Shown here one piece after another: positions 38,424-45,751 of a stretch of 57,876 bases of DNA. The number at the start of each line of letters is the position of its first letter. The first letter of the stretch is position 1. A program made the position numbers and the translations under genes. This DNA is from an uncultured Planctomycetales bacterium. GTDB lineage: Bacteria; Omnitrophota; Gorgyraeia; Zapsychrales; JAHFFX01. The stretch covers positions 1-57,876 of the forward strand of contig CAYJRN010000007.1 of assembly GCA_964372915.1 (NCBI GenBank), read 5' to 3'. Below the pieces are notes generated by a model. The model saw only the letters and a list, made by a program, of their open reading frames with translations. It was not told the DNA's origin and made no database searches.

Positions 38424-38876
38424 ATGGCTGATAACATCGAGGAACTGCTTCTTAACAAACAACCCTTAGGTTCTATTCTTCTAGAGCGCAAGATGATCAC
38501 TCAAAAGCAGTTGGACGAGGCGCTGGTTATTCAAAAAAAAGAAGAGGGATTTTTAGGAGAGATTCTCGTCAAGCTGGGATTCCTCCTTGAACGAGACATT
38601 GTGGCGGCTTTGGTTGTACAATGTAATTTTGCCTACATTGCCGTCAATAAATACGAGATCGATCCCAAAATGATTGAATTGATTCCGATTCAAGTGGCGC
38701 GGAAGTTTCAGGTCGTTCCGCTGGATTGCGTGGGGGATGTCTTGAGTGTCGTGATGGTGAACCCTTTTATTTTTTCGATGAAGAATGAGCTGGAACGCTT
38801 GACGGGTTGCAAAATCGCCACCTTCATTGCCACGCGGACCGAAATCCATCAGGCCATTGAACGTTGGTACAATTAA
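38424..38876 (+). CDS. stand-alone T2SSE_N / MshEN-type domain protein, second copy
   Basis: 150 aa. PLGSILLERKMITQKQLDEALVIQ, then KKEEG, then FLGEILVKLGFLLERDIVAALVVQ, followed by a GspE_N-like remainder. Confidence 0.8.
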   Translation: MADNIEELLLNKQPLGSILLERKMITQKQLDEALVIQKKEEGFLGEILVKLGFLLERDIVAALVVQCNFAYIAVNKYEIDPKMIELIPIQVARKFQVVPLDCVGDVLSVVMVNPFIFSMKNELERLTGCKIATFIATRTEIHQAIERWYN

Positions 38877-38888
38877 GAGACAATAGAA

Positions 38889-40094
38889 ATGTTGACTTTC
38901 AAATATGTTGTCAAAGATCAAGATGCCCGTACTGTAACGGGAAAGATGCAGGCTGATAGTCAGGCGATCGTCATCGACGAGTTGCGCAAGCGTAAGCATA
39001 CCATTATTTCTATCGTTCAGGTCAAGGACGCTCCATTCCTCCAATGGTTGCCGCGCGGTAAAAAAGTAAAAGGGGATGACCTGGTGATTTTTATTCGTCA
39101 GTTCTCGACGATGGTGGAGGCGGGGATTCCCATCTTGGAATGCCTGGAGGCTCTGCAGGAGCAGATGACCGATCCAACCTTCCGGTCCGTCATTGGTGCG
39201 GTGAAGGAAGACATTCAACTGGGCACCAGTCTTTCGGCGACCTTCGCCAAACACCCGACCGTCTTCGACAAATTGTTTGTCAGTATGGTTAAAGTCGGCG
39301 AGACAGGCGGTGTCTTAAGTACAATCTTGGATCGCATGTCCGGTTATATGGAAAAAAGTTTAAAGCTCAAACATAAAGTGCAGTCGGCGATGATCTATCC
39401 ATCGGTGGTTGTTAGCATGGCCATTATTATCACCATTGTCCTTTTGGTCAAAGTCGTTCCGACCTTTGCCTCCATTTATACGTCTTTCGGTCGGGAATTA
39501 CCGGTGATGACGCAGCTTCTGATCAGTATCAGTAGTGGCCTTAAGACCCAATTGGTGTATTACATTGTGGGTTTGATTATTTTGGGGATCGCTGTCAATC
39601 GGATTTATCAGACAGAAAAAGGGGCCCTGGTTTTAGATAGTGCCAAACTCAAAATGCCGGTTTTCGGAGATTTGATTCGCAAAGTGGCCATTAGCCGTTT
39701 CGCGCGAACTCTCGCCACCTTAACGCAAAGCGGTGTCCCTATCTTGGAATCTCTGGATATCGTTGAGACAACCTGTGGCAATAAAGTATTGGAAGTCGTT
39801 ATTGAATCTGTGAAGAACAATGTGCGCGAAGGAGAGAGCATCGCTGGCCCATTAATCAAAAGCGGTGTTTTCCCTCCGATGGTAACGCGCATGATTTCCA
39901 TCGGGGAAAAATCGGGGCAGCTCGAGAAAATGCTCGCGAAGGTTGCCGAATTCTACGATGATCAGGTGGATACGGCCGTGGCGGGCTTAACCAGCATCAT
40001 CGAACCGCTGATTATCGGATTCTTGGGAATTGTTGTCGGTTTCATTGTCATTGCTTTGTTTTTACCGATTATCAGCATTACAACGATTTTGTAA
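38889..40094 (+). CDS. pilC: type IV pilus platform protein PilC (GspF family)
   Basis: 401 aa with a duplicated GspF domain, 3 TM segments, and EAGIPILECLE / QSGVPILESLD motifs. Confidence 0.9.
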   Translation: MLTFKYVVKDQDARTVTGKMQADSQAIVIDELRKRKHTIISIVQVKDAPFLQWLPRGKKVKGDDLVIFIRQFSTMVEAGIPILECLEALQEQMTDPTFRSVIGAVKEDIQLGTSLSATFAKHPTVFDKLFVSMVKVGETGGVLSTILDRMSGYMEKSLKLKHKVQSAMIYPSVVVSMAIIITIVLLVKVVPTFASIYTSFGRELPVMTQLLISISSGLKTQLVYYIVGLIILGIAVNRIYQTEKGALVLDSAKLKMPVFGDLIRKVAISRFARTLATLTQSGVPILESLDIVETTCGNKVLEVVIESVKNNVREGESIAGPLIKSGVFPPMVTRMISIGEKSGQLEKMLAKVAEFYDDQVDTAVAGLTSIIEPLIIGFLGIVVGFIVIALFLPIISITTIL

Positions 40095-40110
40095 TAACCG
40101 GAGGTCCAAA

Positions 40111-41220
40111 GTGTCTAAAAATAATATTTTGAAAATGGTTTTGGCAGGATTTTTGATGGTGCTTTTGCAAGGCCGCCTTGGCGCGGAAGCGGGGGAAGGG
40201 CCCTCGAGGACGGAACATCTTTTTGCCATCTTGTCGGAGCTTCAACAAGGCGCTCAGGATTTGCTGCACGAACGGGAGGATCTCAGAGGCAAAGTTCCGG
40301 CGCTTAAAAAACAGATGGAAGAACTGCAATATGATTTAAAGGCAGCCCAAGATCGCGACGATAAGTTGAACGTGGCTATCCGGGAACTGAGTAACGAGGA
40401 AAAAAGCTTCTCTCCCGGCCATGAAAATCTGAAAGAGCGGTTGAAAGAAATTGCTTTAAAAAAGTTTCCCCTGCAGGAGATCGTGGAGCGGCACGAGCAG
40501 GAGATTAAGGAAAAGAATAATAAAAAGGAGTCGCTCAAGACACAAGAGGTATCCCTCCAAGGACAGAATGAAGGTCTTCGAAAAGATAACGAATCCTTGA
40601 GGCAGTTCACAAAAAATGTTTCCCAGCGGCTGGAGGATCTTAAAGCTATCCTCAATGACATGGATGAGAAGACGACTCCCCAGGAGCTCAGCTCAAAAGT
40701 TACCAATGTGGGTGTCGCGCGCGCGCTAAAAGATGAAACGCGTAAAAGTATCAACTTAAGCCAAGAACATCAAAGCAACCTCCAAAAACAGATTGAGTCT
40801 TGGCAACAAATTTCTCTTTCCAACACACAGAAGACGCAAGAATTTAAGTCTCAACAGGATCAGTCTTCAAGAGAGATGAGGGATTTAGAGAACAGGTTGA
40901 AAATTCTCGATGCAGAGGCCCTCCAAATTCCTCAAGAAACCGCCGCCCGGCGGGACGAAGCCCTCGGCCGGCTCAATGCCCTTAAGGAAGAAATCGATGA
41001 TCTCAAAGCGCAGCGGGCCGAGTCTGCGGGATTTGTGGACTCCGCGCGGGAGATCCTTGATAGAAAAAGGATTGTTGCCGCCCAGATTCCTCTTAGTGAG
41101 GAACAATTGCAGGAGAACGCAGAAATCTTGATGGGGGAAAACGACGCCTTGAAATTGGAATTAGAACGTCTTAAGAAAACTAAACTGATCTTGAGTGGAC
41201 AAGAAACAAAGATGGAATAA
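40111..41220 (+). CDS. secreted coiled-coil protein of unknown function
   Basis: GTG start at 40111 with a GGAGG RBS at 40100. It has a signal peptide (MVLAGFLMVLLQGRLGAEA) and then about 330 aa of E/K/Q/L-rich heptad-like sequence. Confidence 0.55.
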   Translation: MSKNNILKMVLAGFLMVLLQGRLGAEAGEGPSRTEHLFAILSELQQGAQDLLHEREDLRGKVPALKKQMEELQYDLKAAQDRDDKLNVAIRELSNEEKSFSPGHENLKERLKEIALKKFPLQEIVERHEQEIKEKNNKKESLKTQEVSLQGQNEGLRKDNESLRQFTKNVSQRLEDLKAILNDMDEKTTPQELSSKVTNVGVARALKDETRKSINLSQEHQSNLQKQIESWQQISLSNTQKTQEFKSQQDQSSREMRDLENRLKILDAEALQIPQETAARRDEALGRLNALKEEIDDLKAQRAESAGFVDSAREILDRKRIVAAQIPLSEEQLQENAEILMGENDALKLELERLKKTKLILSGQETKME

Positions 41221-41245
41221 CCTTCATTGAAGTCAGGAACCTACT

Positions 41246-41638
41246 ATGAAACCTCATAAGAGCGGTTTTACCTTGGTTGAGATTATGATCGTCGTCGCTA
41301 TCATTGCCTTGCTGGCGGCGGTCGCTCTCCCCAATCTCTTAAGATCAAAAATGCTTGCCAACGATGCGGCGGCCCAGAGTCATCTTAAAGCGCTGTCCAC
41401 TTCCTCGGAAACCTTCGCCTCCATTAATAACGGAAGTTATCCAGCCGATGTTACGTCTTTAACCGGTCTCACCCCGCCCTATATCTCTCAAGCTTTTTGC
41501 GGGGCAACCATGTCGGGGTATTCTTTTGTTTGCGCATTTCCCGTTAGTGGCTATACATTTGTCGCAACGCCGGTGACCGTGGGCAGTTCGGGGACTACAA
41601 CTTACACGATAACGACAGGCTCTATTATGACGCCTTAA
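41246..41638 (+). CDS. type IV pilin / pseudopilin (prepilin N-methylation site)
   Basis: MKPHKSG|FTLVEIMIVVAIIALLAA has a class III signal, Glu+5 and a C-terminal Cys pair. Confidence 0.85.
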   Translation: MKPHKSGFTLVEIMIVVAIIALLAAVALPNLLRSKMLANDAAAQSHLKALSTSSETFASINNGSYPADVTSLTGLTPPYISQAFCGATMSGYSFVCAFPVSGYTFVATPVTVGSSGTTTYTITTGSIMTP

Positions 41639-41658
41639 AGGGGTAGAAAGACTGCGGA

Positions 41659-41687
41659 TTGACAAGCTTTGGGAGGGATGTTATACT
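41659..41687 (+). promoter_or_regulatory. consensus sigma70-type promoter
   Basis: TTGACA-17 nt-TATACT, 21 nt after the pilin-1 stop. Confidence 0.55.
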
Positions 41688-41712
41688 TTCATCAGAATTA
41701 AGAAAAGACCTT

Positions 41713-41790
41713 GTGGAAATGGTAAACTACTCGTAAGGGTGGGGCACAAAGCTAGAGGGCCCTTTAAAAAGAATCGCAAAGGGTAGCCAG
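41713..41790 (+). ncRNA. candidate c-di-GMP-I (GEMM-I) riboswitch aptamer
   Basis: GGUAAAC-CUACUC-GUAA-GGGUGG-GGCACAAAGC parallels V. cholerae Vc2 GGCAAAC-CCAUUC-GAAA-GAGUGG-GACGCAAAGC (recalled from memory), with an apparent C-G to U-A covariation. A second helix is formed by GCUA/UAGC plus CCCUUU/AAAGGG and ends in GGGUAGC. The aptamer lies between a consensus promoter and an intrinsic terminator. Confidence 0.55.
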
Positions 41791-41816
41791 CTGCTGAAAC
41801 AAGAGAAGCGAAAGGG

Positions 41817-41854
41817 CCTATTCTACGAGCAGGAAGTCGAAGAATAGGTTTTTT
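41817..41854 (+). terminator. intrinsic terminator (candidate riboswitch expression platform)
   Basis: cctattctacga / tcgaagaatagg is a 12-bp stem with 1 mismatch and an 8-nt loop, followed by TTTTTT. Confidence 0.75.
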
Positions 41855-41912
41855 ATTGTCCGAGTTCGATGTGTGATTGTTACTTAAGAACATCAAAAAA
41901 GCGGGAAAGAAA

Positions 41913-41941
41913 TTGACAAGTAATTTGTTGATTGATAAGAT
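41913..41941 (+). promoter_or_regulatory. sigma70-like promoter within the repeated pilin leader (copy 1)
   Basis: TTGACA-17 nt-TAAGAT, about 180 nt upstream of the pilin ATG at 42122. Confidence 0.45.
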
Positions 41942-42121
41942 AAATTCGCGTTTTAAGTTATCAACGTGATGAGGAGCCGGTAAGTCACATCCCTCAAGGG
42001 CCAGAATTTTGTGAGAGGTAAGGACCGTTCTTATTCATTCGATCTTTCTTGCCTGGATTCTGGGATGAGTGAAGTAACTGGAAACGGCTTAAACCAGGAT
42101 CAAGATAAGGATGGTAATTCT

Positions 42122-42514
42122 ATGAGAAGGAATCGTAAGGGTTTCACGCTGGTGGAAATCATGATCGTTGTGGCCATCATCGCGTTGCTAGCGGCGATCG
42201 CCATACCGAACTTACTCAGGGCGAAGATTTCCGCGAATGATGCTTTGGCCAAAGGGACATTGAGATCGCTCTCAACTGCCTCGGAGACGTTTGCCACATC
42301 GAGCTCTGGTAACTACCCGGGCGCCATCACATCTTTAACCGGTGCCACACCGCCGTATATTACAACGAATTACTGCGGGGCGACCTTGTCGGGTTATACG
42401 TATGATTGCACCTTTGCTGCTGGTGGTTATACGATTGTTGCCACGCCGGTCACCGTTGGTACGTCGGGTACGACGACCTACACGATATCAACGGGCGCTG
42501 TGCTGACTCCTTAA
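42122..42514 (+). CDS. type IV pilin, duplicated paralog A
   Basis: MRRNRKG|FTLVEIMIVVAIIALLAA, with an AAGGA RBS 10 nt upstream. In-frame upstream starts (42065 ATG, 42011 GTG) would give a long leader peptide and are less likely. Confidence 0.85.
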   Translation: MRRNRKGFTLVEIMIVVAIIALLAAIAIPNLLRAKISANDALAKGTLRSLSTASETFATSSSGNYPGAITSLTGATPPYITTNYCGATLSGYTYDCTFAAGGYTIVATPVTVGTSGTTTYTISTGAVLTP

Positions 42515-42523
42515 GAGGATAGA

Positions 42524-42552
42524 TTGACAAGGTCCCGGATGCAGGTTATACC
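42524..42552 (+). promoter_or_regulatory. sigma70-like promoter
   Basis: TTGACA-17 nt-TATACC, followed by a small hairpin (cttgc-N8-gcaag, 42556-42573) and the repeated terminator. Confidence 0.45.
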
Positions 42553-42582
42553 TTTCTTGCAAGTGAAAGCAAGACATGGGGG

Positions 42583-42620
42583 CCTATTCTACGAGCAGGA
42601 AGTCGAAGAATAGGTTTTTT
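42583..42620 (+). terminator. intrinsic terminator (repeat copy 2)
   Basis: Same hairpin and T6 as 41817-41854. Confidence 0.7.
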
Positions 42621-42678
42621 ATTGTCCGAGTTCGATGTGTGATTGTTACTTAAGAACATCAAAAAAGCGGGAAAGAAA

Positions 42679-42707
42679 TTGACAAGTAATTTGTTGATTG
42701 ATAAGAT
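42679..42707 (+). promoter_or_regulatory. sigma70-like promoter within the repeated pilin leader (copy 2)
   Basis: Same TTGACA-17 nt-TAAGAT as 41913-41941. Confidence 0.45.
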
Positions 42708-42887
42708 AAATTCGCGTTTTAAGTTATCAACGTGATGAGGAGCCGGTAAGTCACATCCCTCAAGGGCCAGAATTTTGTGAGAGGTAAGGACCGTTCTTAT
42801 TCATTCGATCTTTCTTGCCTGGATTCTGGGATGAGTGAAGTAACTGGAAACGGCTTAAACCAGGATCAAGATAAGGATGGTAATTCT

Positions 42888-43280
42888 ATGAGAAGGAATC
42901 GTAAGGGTTTCACGCTGGTGGAAATCATGATCGTTGTGGCCATCATCGCGTTGCTAGCGGCGATCGCCATACCGAACTTACTCAGGGCGAAGATTTCCGC
43001 GAATGATGCTTTGGCCAAAGGGACATTGAGATCGCTCTCAACTGCCTCGGAGACGTTTGCCACATCGAGCTCTGGTAACTACCCGGGCGCCATCACATCT
43101 TTAACCGGTGCCACACCGCCGTATATTACAACGAATTACTGCGGGGCGACCTTGTCGGGTTATACGTATGATTGCACCTTTGCTGCTGGTGGTTATACGA
43201 TTGTTGCCACGCCGGTCACCGTTGGTACGTCGGGTACGACGACCTACACGATGACCACGGGTGGGACGCTGACTCCGTAA
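42888..43280 (+). CDS. type IV pilin, duplicated paralog B
   Basis: Protein identical to paralog A except for the C-terminal tail (TYTMTTGGTLTP versus TYTISTGAVLTP). Confidence 0.85.
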   Translation: MRRNRKGFTLVEIMIVVAIIALLAAIAIPNLLRAKISANDALAKGTLRSLSTASETFATSSSGNYPGAITSLTGATPPYITTNYCGATLSGYTYDCTFAAGGYTIVATPVTVGTSGTTTYTMTTGGTLTP

Positions 43281-43328
43281 TCTAAGCGTTTTTCAGTTTT
43301 TTTCAGTCCAGGAGTCTTTAAGTTTTTT

Positions 43329-43370
43329 CAAACAAAGGGGGGCCTTTTAAAAAAGGCCCCCCTTTGTTTG
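43329..43370. terminator. 20-bp perfect-stem hairpin, likely bidirectional terminator
   Basis: caaacaaaggggggcctttt aa aaaaggcccccctttgtttg, 49 nt after the pilin B stop. Confidence 0.75.
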
Positions 43371-43481
43371 AAGCGTGACAGCTAAGACCTATCAGGCGAT
43401 CTATCTAGAGAAAGAAGTAAAAATAATTATGAAACTTCCCCCCCAAAAACCGCGCAATTTTGGTACAATATTAGCTGTCTT

Positions 43482-44561
43482 ATGAATCGGTTATTGGAAA
43501 AATATTTTGCGGCTGTCAAAAATTTTATCCCTCAGAGGTCCAAAGCTTCCAGTGTCGGCATGGACATCGGTAATGATTCTGTTAAATTGATAGAGCTCAT
43601 CCGATCAGCCGATTCCTATCAACTTGTCCATTGGGGGATTGAACCCATTGAGGGAAACAGCGCCGCAGCCGCCGTCAAAAAGATCTTGGAAAAGTTTGAG
43701 ATCCAAACCAAGTCTCCGGCGACTGCTGTCTTTGGGAAAGGAACCCTCATCCGGTACATTGATTTGCCGCGGATGTCCCTTGAAGAGCTTAAAAAATCGT
43801 TTGCTTTCGAGTCGGACAAGCATTTGCCCTTCCCGCAGAACCAAATTTTTACCGACTGTTTTATTTTGGATCCTCATGGTAAAGATAAGACGATGTCGGT
43901 TCTGGTGGCAGCCTCGAAAAAGGAAATTGTCAATGAGCGGATTCAACTTCTTTCCCAACTGGGATTGCGGCCGAACACGATTAGTATCAACGCCATCGCT
44001 ATCGCCAATGTCTTTCATACATTAGGTTTGAATGGGGAGGATGCGTCCCTCGCCTCTGCGTCGCCGGAGGCTAAATCGTCGGCGGCGGCCGTCTTGGATA
44101 TGGGAGAGAATGTCAGTAACCTTATGGTCCTCAAAGGTCATTTACCTTGTTTCAATCGCGATATTTTTATCGGGGGACAGGAATTGGATAAACGTATCGC
44201 TAATGTCTTGGGCGTGAATGTTGCCGATGCAAAGAAAATCAAGTTGGATCCCAAGGATAAACAAGAGACAGTTTTAGGCGCTTGCGAATCGATTTTGAGC
44301 GGTTTGATTTCCGAAATCAGGCTTTCCTTTGATTATTTCATTACGGAAAAAAACTCACCTATCGCCAAATTGTATCTCGCCGGTGGAAATGCGAATGTGA
44401 ACGGGATCGTGAATCTTTTTGCCAAAAGCCTGGACTTGCCGGTTGAGCTTTGGAACCCGATTCTCTCTTTAAAGGTGTCACCGGGGCTTTCGATGGAAGA
44501 ACTTAATAAAAATGCGAGCCGATTAGGCGTGGCATTAGGATTAGCCCTTTATTCAGAATGA
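43482..44561 (+). CDS. pilM: type IV pilus assembly protein PilM
   Basis: Actin-like ATPase fold (GMDIGNDSVKLIEL). Sits upstream of pilNOPQ with a 4-nt overlap. Confidence 0.85.
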   Translation: MNRLLEKYFAAVKNFIPQRSKASSVGMDIGNDSVKLIELIRSADSYQLVHWGIEPIEGNSAAAAVKKILEKFEIQTKSPATAVFGKGTLIRYIDLPRMSLEELKKSFAFESDKHLPFPQNQIFTDCFILDPHGKDKTMSVLVAASKKEIVNERIQLLSQLGLRPNTISINAIAIANVFHTLGLNGEDASLASASPEAKSSAAAVLDMGENVSNLMVLKGHLPCFNRDIFIGGQELDKRIANVLGVNVADAKKIKLDPKDKQETVLGACESILSGLISEIRLSFDYFITEKNSPIAKLYLAGGNANVNGIVNLFAKSLDLPVELWNPILSLKVSPGLSMEELNKNASRLGVALGLALYSE

Positions 44562-45142
44562 TTACCATCAATCTCGTCCCAGGGAATTTAAGAAAAAAGC
44601 GTAAAAGCCTGCTGTTCCCGATGGCGCTCAATCTTCCCAAGGAGGCAATTATTGGCCTTGTGGGCGGACTGTTGGTACTGTTGGTTCTTGCGCATGTGAT
44701 TCTGCAGGCCTTTATTTTTTTACGCTTCGCTCAGCAAGCATCTATAAAACAAAAGATGGATAAGATTCAGACGGATAAGACGAACGTGGATCGGGTGGTG
44801 ACGCGGTTGCGCGCGCTTCAGGCCAAGGTCCAATCGATTGAAAATTTGACGGTATCTCAGAGAATTTTATGGTCGCAAAAGCTCAATGACTTAAGCGACA
44901 GTATCCCAAGAGGAATTTGGCTGACGAAAATGTCGCTGGAGGCGAGGGTCCTGCTCATAGAAGGCAGTGCCGTCTCCAAGAATCAAAATGAGATGATTAG
45001 CCCCAACAATTTTGTATCTTTGCTCAAGGCGCAAGAACGTTTTGTTGCCGATCTTTCGACGCTGGAAGTCGGAGTTGTTCAGAGGCGAAAAGTTTTATCC
45101 ACGGAAGTGGCCGATTTTTCCATTACGGCAAAATTGAAGTAA
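44558..45142 (+). CDS. pilN: type IV pilus assembly protein PilN
   Basis: N-terminal ITINLVP motif, a single TM segment and a coiled coil. Confidence 0.8.
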   Translation: MITINLVPGNLRKKRKSLLFPMALNLPKEAIIGLVGGLLVLLVLAHVILQAFIFLRFAQQASIKQKMDKIQTDKTNVDRVVTRLRALQAKVQSIENLTVSQRILWSQKLNDLSDSIPRGIWLTKMSLEARVLLIEGSAVSKNQNEMISPNNFVSLLKAQERFVADLSTLEVGVVQRRKVLSTEVADFSITAKLK

Positions 45143-45145
45143 ATC

Positions 45146-45751
45146 ATGCTCGAGAATATCTTAAGCAACATTTCAAAAATTGATGAGAAAACCCGGTATT
45201 ATATTTTAGGGGGAGGATTGGTCCTTATTTTCTTGGCGGATTATTTTGTTGTGATGAATCCGCAGTTAAAAACATTGGGAACAATCAATTCCAAGATCCT
45301 TCAGTTGTCGAAGGATTTTAAAACCGCCAAAGAAGAAATCGGCAAGACCCGCCAGTACCATCAGGAGGTTGTAAAATTTAGAGAACAGCTTAAGAAGGAC
45401 GAGCGCCGCATCATCAAGAACGAAGAGGTCAATTCAGTTTTGGAAGCCATCTCAAGGATGGCGCGCGAAGAGAATATAAGGGTCGATCAGATCATGCCCA
45501 TCGTTGGATCCGAAAAGGTGCTTTTAAAGAACAGAGACGAGAAATATTATTCGCTTCCCATTATGGTGACCGTCCGCTGCGGCTACCATGATTTGGGGAG
45601 ATTTTTAAACCGCGTTGAGAACGGCGACATTTTTTTGGATATCAGCGATTTTTCTATTGCCGCCAGCAGCGATGATTCAATGCGACATGCCATAAAAATT
45701 ACTTTTAAAGTGGTAGCTTTTGAAAAAGTCGAGAGTCAGGATAGCAAATGA
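45146..45751 (+). CDS. pilO: type IV pilus assembly protein PilO
   Basis: TM segment plus coiled coil plus ferredoxin-like C-terminus. Assigned by position in the pilMNOPQ operon. Confidence 0.7.
   Translation: MLENILSNISKIDEKTRYYILGGGLVLIFLADYFVVMNPQLKTLGTINSKILQLSKDFKTAKEEIGKTRQYHQEVVKFREQLKKDERRIIKNEEVNSVLEAISRMAREENIRVDQIMPIVGSEKVLLKNRDEKYYSLPIMVTVRCGYHDLGRFLNRVENGDIFLDISDFSIAASSDDSMRHAIKITFKVVAFEKVESQDSK

Larger units (their letters stand above)
41814..42486 (+). repeat. tandem direct repeat, copy 1 (673 bp: terminator + leader + pilin gene)
   Basis: Appears identical by eye to 42580-43252 (offset 766 nt). Confidence 0.85.
42580..43252 (+). repeat. tandem direct repeat, copy 2
   Basis: Appears identical by eye to 41814-42486. 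Confidence 0.85.

Noticed and set aside
42011-42121. Long GTG-initiated N-terminal extensions of the duplicated pilins (also 42777-42887)
   Set aside because: The class III signal peptide MRRNRKG|FTLVEIM starts at the ATG at 42122 (and 42888), with an AAGGA RBS 10 nt upstream. The 37 extra residues would be an atypical leader. The in-frame ATG at 42065 is kept only as a low-probability alternative.
41639-43481. Sigma54 (-24 GG / -12 GC) promoter upstream of the pilins
   Set aside because: I looked for TGGCAC-N5-TTGC-like elements, because many pilin genes are RpoN-dependent. I found none convincing. Three sigma70-like TTGACA-N17 promoters are present instead.
43432-43488. 18-codon ORF (MKLPPQKPRNFGTILAVL) upstream of pilM
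   Set aside because: It has no RBS and overlaps a likely extended -10 promoter (TGgTACAAT) for pilM. It is probably non-coding.
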